DNA from: an uncultured delta proteobacterium
GTDB taxonomy: Bacteria > Myxococcota_A > Polyangia > Fen-1088
Direction: 5' to 3'
Length of the DNA: 64,000 bases
NCBI GenBank assembly: GCA_963767925.1
Contig: CAVYGB010000002.1
Location: 1,568,001 to 1,632,000, forward strand
Shown here: one piece after another, positions 10,525 to 21,856 of the stretch
Layout: every line of letters starts with the position of its first letter
How positions within the stretch are numbered: the stretch's first letter is position 1
Notes under the pieces: model-generated
Seen by the model: only the letters and a program-made list of their open reading frames with translations
What the model was told of the DNA's origin: nothing
Database searches by the model: none
Translations under genes and position numbers: made by a program

Positions 10525-10844
10525 GGCTGGCCAGGGACTGTTTTCGAGTAGTCGGGTTCCCTCGCTTCGCTCGGCCCCGACTGGCCCCATTGGCGCTTGC
10601 GGGCCTTCTTGCGCGCTGGCACCGGTCAGACTCCGCCCACCTCCGCGCTCGTCCCGTCGCTGACGAGCCACCGCTGCTCCTGGCGTGATGGCCATGTGGG
10701 TCCTGGAGGCTCCGATGGGGGGTTGGTCCACCTTTGACGACCTTGGCGCGGGCTCGGCCTGGCCTGGCCAGGCCTATTGGGCCGTTCAATTTAGGTGTTT
10801 TTTGTTACATCCGATTGAAATGGGTATTGACCGAGGGAAGGGGA

Positions 10845-12506
10845 ATGCGGCGGAAACTACTCGGCTTACTGGGACTCCTGGCGGCGGGCGCTGCGTGCGC
10901 CGTGGGAGAGATCGAACCCAGCGCGAACCTCGGCGTTTCACTCGCCGGCGGGACCGGCGGAAACCTCGGGAACGGGGGGGCGGGCGGCGACGTCGCCATG
11001 GACACCAATCCGCCGGTGGCCGAGCCAGCTCGATGTGCGGCCAAGGGGCGCGCGACCCTCTCGGTGGAGGAACAGGATCAGCTCGTCGCGGCCATCACCT
11101 GCGAACCGCCCCTGGCCATGGGGCAGGCGCTGCAGCTCGCTGCCCTGCCGCGCGGGCCGACGTTCGACGCCGCTACCGGCGAGCTGCGCTGGAGGCCGGC
11201 GCTGGATCAGGCCGGATCGTACCACCTGTTGCTGTCGGTGGCTGGCGCCGAGATGGGCGCGGTGGACGTGGCAGTGATCGATCGCTTCGACCATGTCGAC
11301 AACGTCGCCATCGCCGACCCGACCATTTACCACGAGGAGATGGGAGTTCCGGTCTTCCACCTGACCATCAGCGATGGCATCCACGACGATGACTACACCC
11401 CGGCGACGGTTGTCTATCGCGGCCACACCTACAGCGCCGAGGCCAAATACCGAGGTAGGTCTTCGAGCGAATATCCCAAGCGCAGCTATACCCTGAAATT
11501 TTCCAAGGAGGACAAGTTCCACGAACCGGCGCTGGTCAGCGGTTTCAAGTCCAAGCGCAAGCTGGTGCTGATCGCCGACTTCGACGACAACTCGCACGTG
11601 CGGCAGCGTCTGGCCTTCGCGCTGTGGAACCGGCTGGGCGCCGGGCGGATCAAGATCCAGACCTTCAGCGCGGCGATCTACGTCAACGGCAACTATGCTG
11701 GATTGTACACGGTCACCGACCTCATCGACGGCAACCTCATGGAGGAGCACGGTCTGGACGAGGACGGCAACCTCTACAAGGGCGTCACGCCCGAGGCGAA
11801 CTTCTTCCCCGGTGACTCGCTCGGTGCGCAATACGAGAAGAAGGAGGGCCTCCCGCTCGCCGGCGATCCCGGTGCCTTCGACGACTTGGCCGCCTTGGAC
11901 TTCATGGTGAACGCCCCCAACGAGGAGTTCCAGAGTCGGCTCCCCGAGCTGCTGGACCTGGCCGACTACCGGGCCTGGCTGACCCTGGTGACCTTGATTC
12001 AGGCGCGGGACACGCTGGGAAAGAACACCTATCACTACCACAGTCCCGCTGCCGGTCTCTGGCGCACGGTTCCCTGGGACTTCAATCATTCCTTCGGGCA
12101 GAGCTGGCTTACCACCCGGACGAGCCCGATCTTCTTCGGCGTCGGCGACATGGTCGACTACAACCGCTTGCTACAGCGTCTGTTCCGCGACCCGTTGTTC
12201 GGCCCCGTCACGGTCGCCCGCTACCAGATGGCCATGGCCACCGAGATCCCGGTGGCCACGGTGCTGTCCCTGGTCGACTCCCTCACCGCCGAGGTGGCCC
12301 CCGCCGCCCGCCGCGACCAGCGCAAATGGCGTCAGGCCTACGAGGAGTTCGAGCGCTGGTTCGGCCGCGCCGACTTCACTGACTTCGATGGCGAGATCGC
12401 CTACCTGAAGTCGTGGATTCCCCAGCGCTGGTCCACCCTCACGCGTGAGCTGGAGGCGGCGGCCGAGGCGTGGGTCGCATCCGCCCCCGTCGAGCTCGCT
12501 CCCTGA
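10845..12506 (+). CDS. CotH kinase family lipoprotein with Ig-like domain
   Basis: Lipobox AGAAC; LPRGPTFDAATGELRWRP Ig-like motif; RGRSS, KRSYTLKF, YVNGNYAGLY, GNLYK, KNTYHY, PWDFNHSFG. Confidence 0.85.
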   Translation: MRRKLLGLLGLLAAGAACAVGEIEPSANLGVSLAGGTGGNLGNGGAGGDVAMDTNPPVAEPARCAAKGRATLSVEEQDQLVAAITCEPPLAMGQALQLAALPRGPTFDAATGELRWRPALDQAGSYHLLLSVAGAEMGAVDVAVIDRFDHVDNVAIADPTIYHEEMGVPVFHLTISDGIHDDDYTPATVVYRGHTYSAEAKYRGRSSSEYPKRSYTLKFSKEDKFHEPALVSGFKSKRKLVLIADFDDNSHVRQRLAFALWNRLGAGRIKIQTFSAAIYVNGNYAGLYTVTDLIDGNLMEEHGLDEDGNLYKGVTPEANFFPGDSLGAQYEKKEGLPLAGDPGAFDDLAALDFMVNAPNEEFQSRLPELLDLADYRAWLTLVTLIQARDTLGKNTYHYHSPAAGLWRTVPWDFNHSFGQSWLTTRTSPIFFGVGDMVDYNRLLQRLFRDPLFGPVTVARYQMAMATEIPVATVLSLVDSLTAEVAPAARRDQRKWRQAYEEFERWFGRADFTDFDGEIAYLKSWIPQRWSTLTRELEAAAEAWVASAPVELAP

Positions 12507-12519
12507 CCGCGCGGCGCAA

Positions 12520-12689
12520 CCCCCCCCGAACACAGCCGACCAGTGGTGGTTCGCCTCGCCGGCGGACGTGAGGAACGATTCGACGGCGGCGAACCTCCTG
12601 CTCACAGTCGGCGTAGTCGTAGCCTTGGGAATCCAAACGCGCGTGCGCTCCCAAACCTCTTCGGGGATGTCTTCGAATTGTGCCGTCAT
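12520..12689 (-). mobile_element. IS5-family transposase remnant (internally deleted)
   Basis: N-terminus MTAQFEDIPEEVWERTRVWIPK joined out of frame to GYDYADCEQEVRRRRIVPHVRRRGEPPLVGCVRG, which resembles the DKGYD..RRW region of IS5 DDE enzymes. No terminal IRs identified. Confidence 0.55.
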
Positions 12690-12834
12690 GGACAGTAGAG
12701 ATCACGACCTGACGGGCTCGGCAAATTTTCGCTTGAATTGGCACTCGCGCACCGTCGGCTGCAGCCACTGCGATGTCCCGGTCGCTGGTCTGGTCGGGCG
12801 CAACCAAGCCCCAACCGCCGCCGATAACCTGGTC

Positions 12835-13173
12835 ATGTCGCCGGGCCCCGCACTTTTGACCATCATCGGCTCGACGCTTTCTGCGTGGCCCGCGATGCTC
12901 TACGCTTGGGCGACGCTCTTGCGCGGAGAATGCCACGCGGGTATGCGACGTTGCAGGACCAGCTTCGGCGCGCGCTGTTGTCGGCATACCTGGGCATCGC
13001 CGAGGCATCCAGCCGAACGGGCGCCGACAGGATCTCACGGTTCCGCACCGCCAGAGGCGGTTGCAATCCTGGGACTTGCTCCCGATGCCGAGATCGAAGC
13101 GGTGATGTCTCTGCTCGACCGGCTGTGCGCGATGCTCACTCGGCTCGCCGGCATGCACCGCCACCAACCCTGA
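12835..13173 (+). pseudogene. four-helix-bundle protein (IVS/bAvd-like family), two frame disruptions
   Basis: MSPGPAL/FDHHRLDAFCVARDALRLGD..LQDQLRRALLSAYLGIAEASSR..RFRTARG/EAVAILGL..LLDRLCAMLTRL. One T is missing in the T-run near 12855 and there is an apparent short deletion near 13055. Confidence 0.75.
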
Positions 13174-13190
13174 TGACTGCCGAGGCTGCC

Positions 13191-13367
13191 GTGGTCGTGC
13201 TCGTGTGCGAGCGCGTGTTCGAGTTCGTGTCCGTGTGTGGTGAGCGTGTTCGGCCCGCGGGCCTCGGCTCGCGTGATTTACGCGCACCGAGAGCCGCCTG
13301 GCCGCTCAACGCTCGCCCCACACGAACTCGAAACACGAACACGGGCTCGAACACGCCCACGAGCACG
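13191..13367. repeat. imperfect inverted repeat built from hexamer-periodic units
   Basis: GTGTTCGAGTTCGTGT (13215-13230) pairs with ACACGAACTCGAAACAC (13320-13336); CGTGCTCGTG (from 13196) pairs with CACGAGCACG (ending 13367). Confidence 0.65.
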
Positions 13368-13434
13368 CGTCCCGGCCTCGATACCTCGTTTCGCCCATCG
13401 GCGCAAATTCTCCACAGGTTTCAGCGGCTGGCTC

Positions 13435-14388
13435 TTAGCCGGGCTGGCGGGCCCGGACCTTGGCCTCGAGGCGCTCGAGGATGTTGGTCTCGTGGTGGGC
13501 GTTGTACAGGGTGTTGGCCTCGAGGATGCCGGTCGGGCTGGTGACGTTGATCTCCGTGAGCCAGCCGCCGATGACGTCGAGCCCGACCAGGAAAAAGCCG
13601 TTGTCCCGCAGGTGGGGGGCCACCACGTCGATGATGGCCTTGTCGCGATCGTCGAGCGTGGTCGGCATGGGGCGGGCGCCCACGTGCAGGTTGCCGCGGG
13701 CGTCGTCGGGGGCGGGCACGCGCAGCACCGCGCACAGGGGCTCGCCGTCCACCAGGAAGATGCGCTTGTCGCCCTTGCGCACCTCGGGCAGGTAGCGCTG
13801 GGCGACGGTCCAGCGGCGCCCCAGGTTGGTGGCCTGCTCGAGGATCGATCCGGTGTTGGGGTCGCCCTGCCGGACGTGGAACACCCCGAAGCCGCCCGAG
13901 GCGTCGAGCGGCTTGATCACCATCTCGCCCCCCTGCTCGGCCAGGAACGAGCGCAGCCGGCTCGCCTCCCGGGTCACGATCATGGGGGGTGTCAGCTTGG
14001 GGAAGCTCAGCACCGCGAGCTTCTCGTTCGATTCGCGCAGGCCGCGCGGATCGTTGATGAGCAGGGTCTTGCCCCGCGCCCGCTCGAGCAGCAGCGTCCC
14101 GAAGTAGTAGTCGAGATCGAACGGGGGGTCCTTGCGCATCAGGACCGCGTCGAAGTCGTCGAGGTACACCTGGGCCTGGGGCCCCAGCAGGAAGTGGTCG
14201 CCCGGGATGGGCCGCACCGTGACCTGCCAGGCCGCTGCTCCGGCCCGATCGTGCTCGAGCCCCAGGTGGCGGGGCTCGCAGAACCAGTTCTCGTGCCCGC
14301 GGCTCTGGGCCTCGAGCATGATCGCGAAGGTGGTGTCCCCGGCGATCTGAATCCGGGAGAGCGGATCCATCACGAACAGCAGCTTCAT
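13435..14388 (-). CDS. gshB: glutathione synthetase
   Basis: FVMDP, DTT, MRKDPPFD, NEKL, KPLD..GG, GDKRI, RGNLHVG, GLDVIG, EINVTSPTG. Confidence 0.97.
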   Translation of the reverse strand: MKLLFVMDPLSRIQIAGDTTFAIMLEAQSRGHENWFCEPRHLGLEHDRAGAAAWQVTVRPIPGDHFLLGPQAQVYLDDFDAVLMRKDPPFDLDYYFGTLLLERARGKTLLINDPRGLRESNEKLAVLSFPKLTPPMIVTREASRLRSFLAEQGGEMVIKPLDASGGFGVFHVRQGDPNTGSILEQATNLGRRWTVAQRYLPEVRKGDKRIFLVDGEPLCAVLRVPAPDDARGNLHVGARPMPTTLDDRDKAIIDVVAPHLRDNGFFLVGLDVIGGWLTEINVTSPTGILEANTLYNAHHETNILERLEAKVRARQPG

Positions 14389-14595
14389 GTTGCGATCTTA
14401 CCCGGATTTTCCCGGTCGGCGACAGGCGCGCGCGCATTCTCCGCTCAGGGGCGAACCGCCCGCGCGACCGGCGCGTCCGGGCATCGTCACCGGCATGGTC
14501 CGGGCGCCAGCAGGTTCCGTGCCGCTGATCGCGCCCGGGTGTGCGATTCGCTCGGGCGCCGGGCCATCACCTCTCCCGCAAGGCGCCAGCCATTC

Positions 14596-14721
14596 ACCTC
14601 TCCCCGCGGTCTGCCGTGGGGAGAGGTCGGCGCGTCTGCGCGCCGGGTGAGGGGCCTCCGGCGTGGCAACCGCCCCTCACCCTCCCCTCTCCCCACGGCA
14701 GACTGCGGGGAGAGGGCAAAC
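14596..14721. repeat. composite BoxC/REP-like element (subtype B plus head-to-head partner)
   Basis: 14596-14654 ACCTCTCCCCGCGGTCTGCCGTGGGGAGAGGTCGGCGCGTCTGCGCGCCGGGTGAGGGG, then 14673-14721 CCCCTCACCCTCCCCTCTCCCCACGGCAGACTGCGGGGAGAGGGCAAAC. Confidence 0.85.
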
Positions 14722-14753
14722 AGGCAGCGGGGCGCTGACGGAACAGGCGCCGT

Positions 14754-16317
<1,564 letters not shown>

Positions 16318-16408
16318 GCCAGGCACGGTACCACGGATGACCGCGCTGTCAGAGTCCGGTCAAGGAACCGGCGGCGGCCTCCGATGAACCGGTCGGGGGT
16401 CCATCTCC

Positions 16409-17191
16409 ATGAAGCGAAGGCAACTCCGCGCATCCCTGCTGCCTCTGTCGGTCGCCTTCGCGCTGGGGGCCTGCGCGAAGAACAACGCGCACGGGGTGTG
16501 GGACTCGGCCGCCATGACCTGGGAGGCGGCGCCTCCCCGCGAGATCATCGACGGCGGAGGGGAGGGCGGCGGCGGCACCGTCGATCCCGGTGGGATGATG
16601 CGCAGCTTCACCAAGGTGTGCAAGGAGACCGACGAGCCCTGGTGCTGTTACGACGGCGAGACCCTCTATGGGATCCCGCTCTGCTCCTGGAAGGGGATGG
16701 TGACCGGCAGCTCGGTGACCTTCGACACCGCCTACCGGGAGGACGAGAAGGTGACCCTGCCCGACCCGGTCACCCTCATCAGCCCCACGCCCGACCGCTG
16801 GACGTCGGCGGAGGATTGCGCCGACAAGGCGGTCGGCTTCGTGCTCCAGGGCAAGGGCATGCGCGAAGGGTCCCTGGGGAGCACCATCTCCTATTATTAC
16901 GTCAGAGCCAGCGGCAACTGGCGCGCGGGGGGGGGCGGGGCCACCGCCGGCCTCGTCGTCGGCAGCAACAGCGATCCCGCCGCTCGGGGGGACGCTGCCC
17001 CCGGCTCGCTCCCGCCGCTCGTGGACAAGCTCGACGCCGAAAAGTGCGCGGGCGACGCCGAGTACATCGCCAACGTCGTGATGTTCGACTCGGTCAGCTT
17101 CGAGCTCGACGGGGTGAAATACGAGGCCGATTTCAGGCGCGACGAAGGCGCGACCAAGGCCTACTACGTCCGCATCGACCGCGGGTATTGA
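16409..17191 (+). CDS. hypothetical lipoprotein
   Basis: MKRR leader, lipobox LGAC, GC3-rich coding frame. Confidence 0.75.
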   Translation: MKRRQLRASLLPLSVAFALGACAKNNAHGVWDSAAMTWEAAPPREIIDGGGEGGGGTVDPGGMMRSFTKVCKETDEPWCCYDGETLYGIPLCSWKGMVTGSSVTFDTAYREDEKVTLPDPVTLISPTPDRWTSAEDCADKAVGFVLQGKGMREGSLGSTISYYYVRASGNWRAGGGGATAGLVVGSNSDPAARGDAAPGSLPPLVDKLDAEKCAGDAEYIANVVMFDSVSFELDGVKYEADFRRDEGATKAYYVRIDRGY

Positions 17192-17351
17192 GGGCAGGGC
17201 GCCCGGCCCGGGTCCCCTTCACGGAAACAGGAGCGGGAACGGGGATGGGACTATCTCCTCGAGCGATCCAGGTCGGGGGGGCCTGAAGCCGGGCAATGCT
17301 GATTTGAGGACCCCCGAGAGCGGCGCTAGGATGGGGCTTCAGGAGGTTGGC

Positions 17352-17744
17352 GTGACAGAAAGACACGGGCTCGTATTCGTCGTGGACGACGACGACGACA
17401 TTCGGGAGAGCCTCGAGGTGCTGCTGCGGCTCCACGGCTACCACGTGGCGACCGCGGCCGACGGGGCCGAGGCGCTGCAACGCTTGCGGGCCCTCTCGAC
17501 GTTGCCTTGTTTGATCCTGCTCGACCTGATGATGCCCGGCATGAACGGCTTCGAGCTGCGCACCGCCATGGACGAGAGCCAGGAGCTGGCCCGCATCCCC
17601 GTCGTCGTGATCACCGGCGCGGGCGCGCTGGTGGCCGAGCGCGCGACGGCGATGCGGCTCGATGTCCTCCGCAAGCCGTTCGAGCCGCTGACCCTGCTGC
17701 AGACCGTGCGCCGGTTCTGCGCCGGCCAGACCGCGAGCGCCTGA
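17352..17744 (+). CDS. single-domain response regulator
   Basis: VFVVDDDDD, LILLDLMMPGMNG, VVITG, KP; AGGAGG RBS before GTG 17352. Confidence 0.9.
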   Translation: MTERHGLVFVVDDDDDIRESLEVLLRLHGYHVATAADGAEALQRLRALSTLPCLILLDLMMPGMNGFELRTAMDESQELARIPVVVITGAGALVAERATAMRLDVLRKPFEPLTLLQTVRRFCAGQTASA

Positions 17745-17800
17745 AGCCTCCTTCACCCGACATGTCGGATGCGCGGCAGTCGCGCGAGGCCGCGTGATTT

Positions 17801-18943
17801 TTGCGCTCGGTCGTGGAGAGGATGCGACAATCGCCCTCTGACGATCGCCGTCTGATAATCGCCGTTTCGACACTTGTCGTTTGTCTGGGGCCGCGCGCGC
17901 TCGGCGGCTGCGCCGCGATCACCCCTCGGAGGTCGACGTTGAATGGCTTAGGTTGTTCCGGGCGCAAGTTGCCCGCGCTGGTTGCCTGTCTGTATCTGAT
18001 CACGCCCGCTGCCTGCCGGAAGGAGCTGGTCTACACCGGCGCCTACAGCGAGCCGAACGGCCCCGGTGATCCCGGCCCGGGCGGCGCCAGCGTGCCGAGC
18101 GGCAGCGCGGGCGCGGGCGGCGGAATGGCGGGCGCGGCGCCCCCGCCGATGGGGGGCGCTGCTCCGCCCGACGCCCGTCCGGGTGGCAGCGGCGGCGGTG
18201 GCCGCGGCGGAACCGCCGGGGTGCCGCCGGGCACGGGCGGGGTGGGGGGCGCCGCAGGCGCCGGTCCGACCCCGATCCCTGCCGACGCCGCCGTCGACGT
18301 CGATCCGCCCCCACCCGCCGACGCCGCGCCGGCGGCCCGGCAGGCCCTGCTGGTGGTGGGGCAGGCGCAGCTCATCGCCACCGACAGCGCCGTGCTGGCC
18401 CGGCTGCGCGCCCGGCTGATGGACGTGCAGGTCCTCCCCGAAGCCGACGGCGACGCCGAAGACGCCGCCGGCAAGGCGCTTGTCGTGATCACCTCCAGCG
18501 CGAGCACGGCCGGCACCAGCAGCAAGTTCCGCGACGTGACCGTCCCGGTGATCCTGCTCGAGCCCAACCTGATGGGCCTCATGCGCATGACCGCCGACCC
18601 CGCGACCGCCCACGGCGCCACCGACCGCACCGAGACCGAGGTCGACCTCATCGACGCCACCCACCCGCTGGCTGCCGGCCTCAGCGGCGCGGTCCGGGTC
18701 TACCAGAACCCCTGGCGCCTCACCTGGGGCATCCCCGCCAGCGCCGCCATCCGCGTCGCCACCGTCGTCGACGACCCCACCCGCACGGTCATCTTCGCGT
18801 ACCCCGCCGGCGCCCCCATGGTCACCGGCACCGCACCCGCCAAGCGCGTCGCCTTCTTCCTCCACGACAACCCCACCGCCAACCTCACCCCCCAGGCCGA
18901 ATCCCTCCTCGACGCCGCCATCGACTGGTCGACCGCCCCCTGA
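17801..18943 (+). CDS. hypothetical exported protein, probable lipoprotein; start uncertain
   Basis: Possible lipobox PAAC, Gly/Pro linker, globular C-terminal domain (ALLVVG..HPLAAGLSG..AKRVAFF). Confidence 0.65.
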   Translation: MRSVVERMRQSPSDDRRLIIAVSTLVVCLGPRALGGCAAITPRRSTLNGLGCSGRKLPALVACLYLITPAACRKELVYTGAYSEPNGPGDPGPGGASVPSGSAGAGGGMAGAAPPPMGGAAPPDARPGGSGGGGRGGTAGVPPGTGGVGGAAGAGPTPIPADAAVDVDPPPPADAAPAARQALLVVGQAQLIATDSAVLARLRARLMDVQVLPEADGDAEDAAGKALVVITSSASTAGTSSKFRDVTVPVILLEPNLMGLMRMTADPATAHGATDRTETEVDLIDATHPLAAGLSGAVRVYQNPWRLTWGIPASAAIRVATVVDDPTRTVIFAYPAGAPMVTGTAPAKRVAFFLHDNPTANLTPQAESLLDAAIDWSTAP

Positions 18944-18972
18944 CCGCGTTCAGGCCAGCGGCACGCCGGAGC

Positions 18973-19187
18973 CCCCTCACCCCTCCCTCTCCCCGCTGCC
19001 GCGGGGCGAGGGCGAACACCTTGCGAGTCCACGACCAGCGTCCGAGCGGGGGCCGGTTGTCCGGACACTTGCGAGTGGCTTCGACTTTCCCAGCGGGGAT
19101 CCTCCGGCGCTCGAGGGAGGTTTCGGCTCCCCGCTGCCCGTTCGCCCTCGCCCCGCGGCAGCGGGGAGAGGGATAGGGGTGAGGGGG
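18973..19187. repeat. inverted pair of BoxC/REP-like elements
   Basis: 18973-19017 forward and 19140-19187 reverse, about 120 bp spacer, between convergent genes. Confidence 0.9.
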
Positions 19188-19221
19188 CTGCCTCGGAGGT
19201 CGGCTCCCGCTCGGGGGAGGG

Positions 19222-21700
19222 CTAGGACCGGGGTTTTTTCCGCTGGGCTTCGTCGTCGGCGCGGATGGCCTCGACGGTCTTGCGCAGGTCGCCGCCCTTG
19301 TCGCCGGGGCGGACGCCGGGGGGGCGTTCCCAGGGGATCTCTTTCAGCGGCTGCGAGGCGGCCACCTCCCAGATGTAGCGGGCGAACATCGGGACGTTGA
19401 GCATGAAGGCGGCGTCCTTGTAGCCGAGGGGACGCTCGCGCTTGTCGTCGCCGATCCAGGCGGTGGTCATCCAGCGCGAGGTGTAGCCGACGAACCAGGT
19501 GTCCATCGTGGCGCTGGAGGTGCCGGTCTTGCCGGCGGCGGGGAAGCCGATGGCGCGCAGGGCCTGCGAGTGGCCCTTGGTCACCACCCGGCGCAGGAGC
19601 TGCGAGGTCAGCCAGGCGGTGCGCGGGGGGATCGACGGCTTGGCCTGCTGGCCGGCCAGGGCGACCATCCGGTCGAGGCGCAGGGTCGGCGAGCTCATCG
19701 GGTCGGAGGGGACGGTGTTGTCCTCCAGGATCTGGCCGTTGCGGTCGCGCACCCGCCGCACGTAGGTCGGGTTGACCACCACGCCGTTCCGGGCGAACGC
19801 GGAGAAGGAGCGGGTCAGCTCGTCGGCCTTCACGCAGGAGGCGCCCAGGGCCAGCGCCTGGTCGGGGATGATCTGGCGTCGTCATGCCGAGCTTGCGGGC
19901 CCAGCCTTCCACCTCGCGCCCGCCGACCAGCTTGAAGAGCTGCACGCTGGGGACGTTCTTGGACCAGGTCAGCGAATACTCCAGGGTGACCTGGTACTCG
20001 ATGGTGTTGTTGAGGTTGGTGGGGACCCAGACCTCACCGGTGATGGGATCGACCTCGGCGCGCGGGATGTCGTTGAGCAGCGACTCGTACCCGTAGCCCC
20101 TCTGCAGGGCCAGCGAGTAGTAGATCGGCTTGTAGGTCGAACCGGGCTGGCGGCAGGCCTGCGACACCCGGTTGAACTCCGAGCGGTCGAAGTCGCCGCC
20201 GCCCACCATCGCCACCACGTACCCGGTCTCGTGGTCGTAGCTGAAGATGGCCCCCTGCACCCGGGGCGTCTGCTCCAGCCGGAGCTGGGGGCGGCCGCCC
20301 TGCAGCGGCCGGTCCTGGTAGGCCTGCAGCCAGCGCGGCTCGTTCTTGCTGTCGTACTCCCAGTCGGAGAAGCGCCGCCGGTTGGTGAGGTGGGCGTTGG
20401 AGACCCAGATCACGTCCCCCGCCCGCACGACCCCGGTCGTGTTCTGGATGGTCCGGCCGTTGCTGGAGTCCCGCATGCTGAAGGGGAACGCCCAGGTCAT
20501 GTTGCCGGAGGGCAGAAAGTAGCTCTCGCCCCCACCCGCACCCGGGCGCCCGCCGCCTCGTTGGACTCGACCAGGCCGAGGTACAGGCGCCCCTCCTGGA
20601 GCTGGTTGCCGTAACGCTCGACCGAGCGCTGCTTGAATTGCGCGATGGCGTCGCCGGTCAGCCGCGCCACCGGGCCGCGCCAGCCCTGCCGCTTGTCCAG
20701 CTTGCGCAGGGAGAAGTCGACGTTCTCCTGAGCGGACAGGTCGATCCAGGGCACCACGGTGGTCTCGATCTCGAGGCCACCTTCGTAGAGCATCTTCTCG
20801 CCGTAGCGCTTGCCGATGTCCCGGCGCACGTGCTCGGCGAAGTAGGGCGAACGCTCGCGGAAGAAGTCGGGCGGCTGGCGCAGGACCAGCGGCCGGCCGC
20901 GCCAGCGCGACTCGTCCTCGGCGCTGATGTAGCCGGCGGCGGCCATGGCGGCCAGCACCTGGTCGCGCCGGTTCTGGGCCCGCTGCAGGTTGGAGGTGGG
21001 GGCGAACCGGCTGGGCGCCCGGGCGATCCCGGCGATGGTGGCGATCTCGCCGAGGTCGAGGGTGTCGACCGTCTTGTTGAAGTAGCGCCGGGCCGCGGCG
21101 GCGACGCCGTAGGCGGTCTGCCCCAGGAAGATCTGGTTGAGGTAGAGGGTGAGGATGTCCTGCTTGGAGTAGCGGGACTCCAGCCGGCGGGCCAGGATGG
21201 CCTCGGGGATCTTGCGAATCAGGCTGCGCGAGAAGAACAGGTCGCGAGCGAAGAAGGTCTTGGCCACCTGCTGGGTGATGGTCGACCCGCCCTGGGCCAC
21301 CTCACCGGCGCGCAGGTTGGCCAGTGCCGCCCGGAGGATGCCCCGGAAGTCGAGCCCCGTGTGCTCGTAGAAGCGCCGGTCCTCGATGGCCAGGAAGGCC
21401 TGGATCAGCCGGGGCGGCACCTGGCGGGCGGTCAGCACCTCCCGGCGCTCGGTGGCCCAGTCGGCGAGAACGGTGCCGTCCCAGCCGCGCAGCACGGTCG
21501 ACTCGGCCGCCTCGTGCTCGTATCTGATCGATGTCGGGCAGGACCGGCAGGCGGGCGTTGAAGTAGCCGTAGATGCCGAGGCCCGTCAGGCCGAGCAAGC
21601 CGATTCCACAGAGCGCCCCGAACGCGTAGAACTTCAGCAGCCAGTGCAGAAAGTTCCCGTCCGAGGGGTTGACGACCTCCACGCGGTCAAAGGGAGGCAT
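19222..21700 (-). CDS. class A penicillin-binding protein (PBP1A family), split by three frameshifts
   Basis: TM anchor; EDRRF and GGSTITQQ transglycosylase motifs; GSTYKP (SxxK), SKN and KTG transpeptidase motifs; frame breaks near 21520, 20520 and 19880. Confidence 0.9.
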
Positions 21701-21856
21701 GGGATCAGATAGTCGCCACCACACGAGCGTCACTTTACAACGGCTGGGGCTCCGGGCCATCGCCCTGATCGAAGTTCGATAGATGATAGCGCGGCCTCGT
21801 GGGCTTGACCGGCCAGCCGGCCCGGCCCACGCTGGCGAGCCGCGACAAGACCACCC

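Noticed and set aside
10550..10582. GTAG-type REP (AGTCGGG..CCCGACT)
   Set aside because: Single weak 7-bp stem with no second copy seen.
12835..13173. Diversity-generating retroelement (Avd-like gene)
   Set aside because: No reverse transcriptase and no TR/VR pair; the 71-bp repeats are 40 kb away and their two differences are not adenine-specific.
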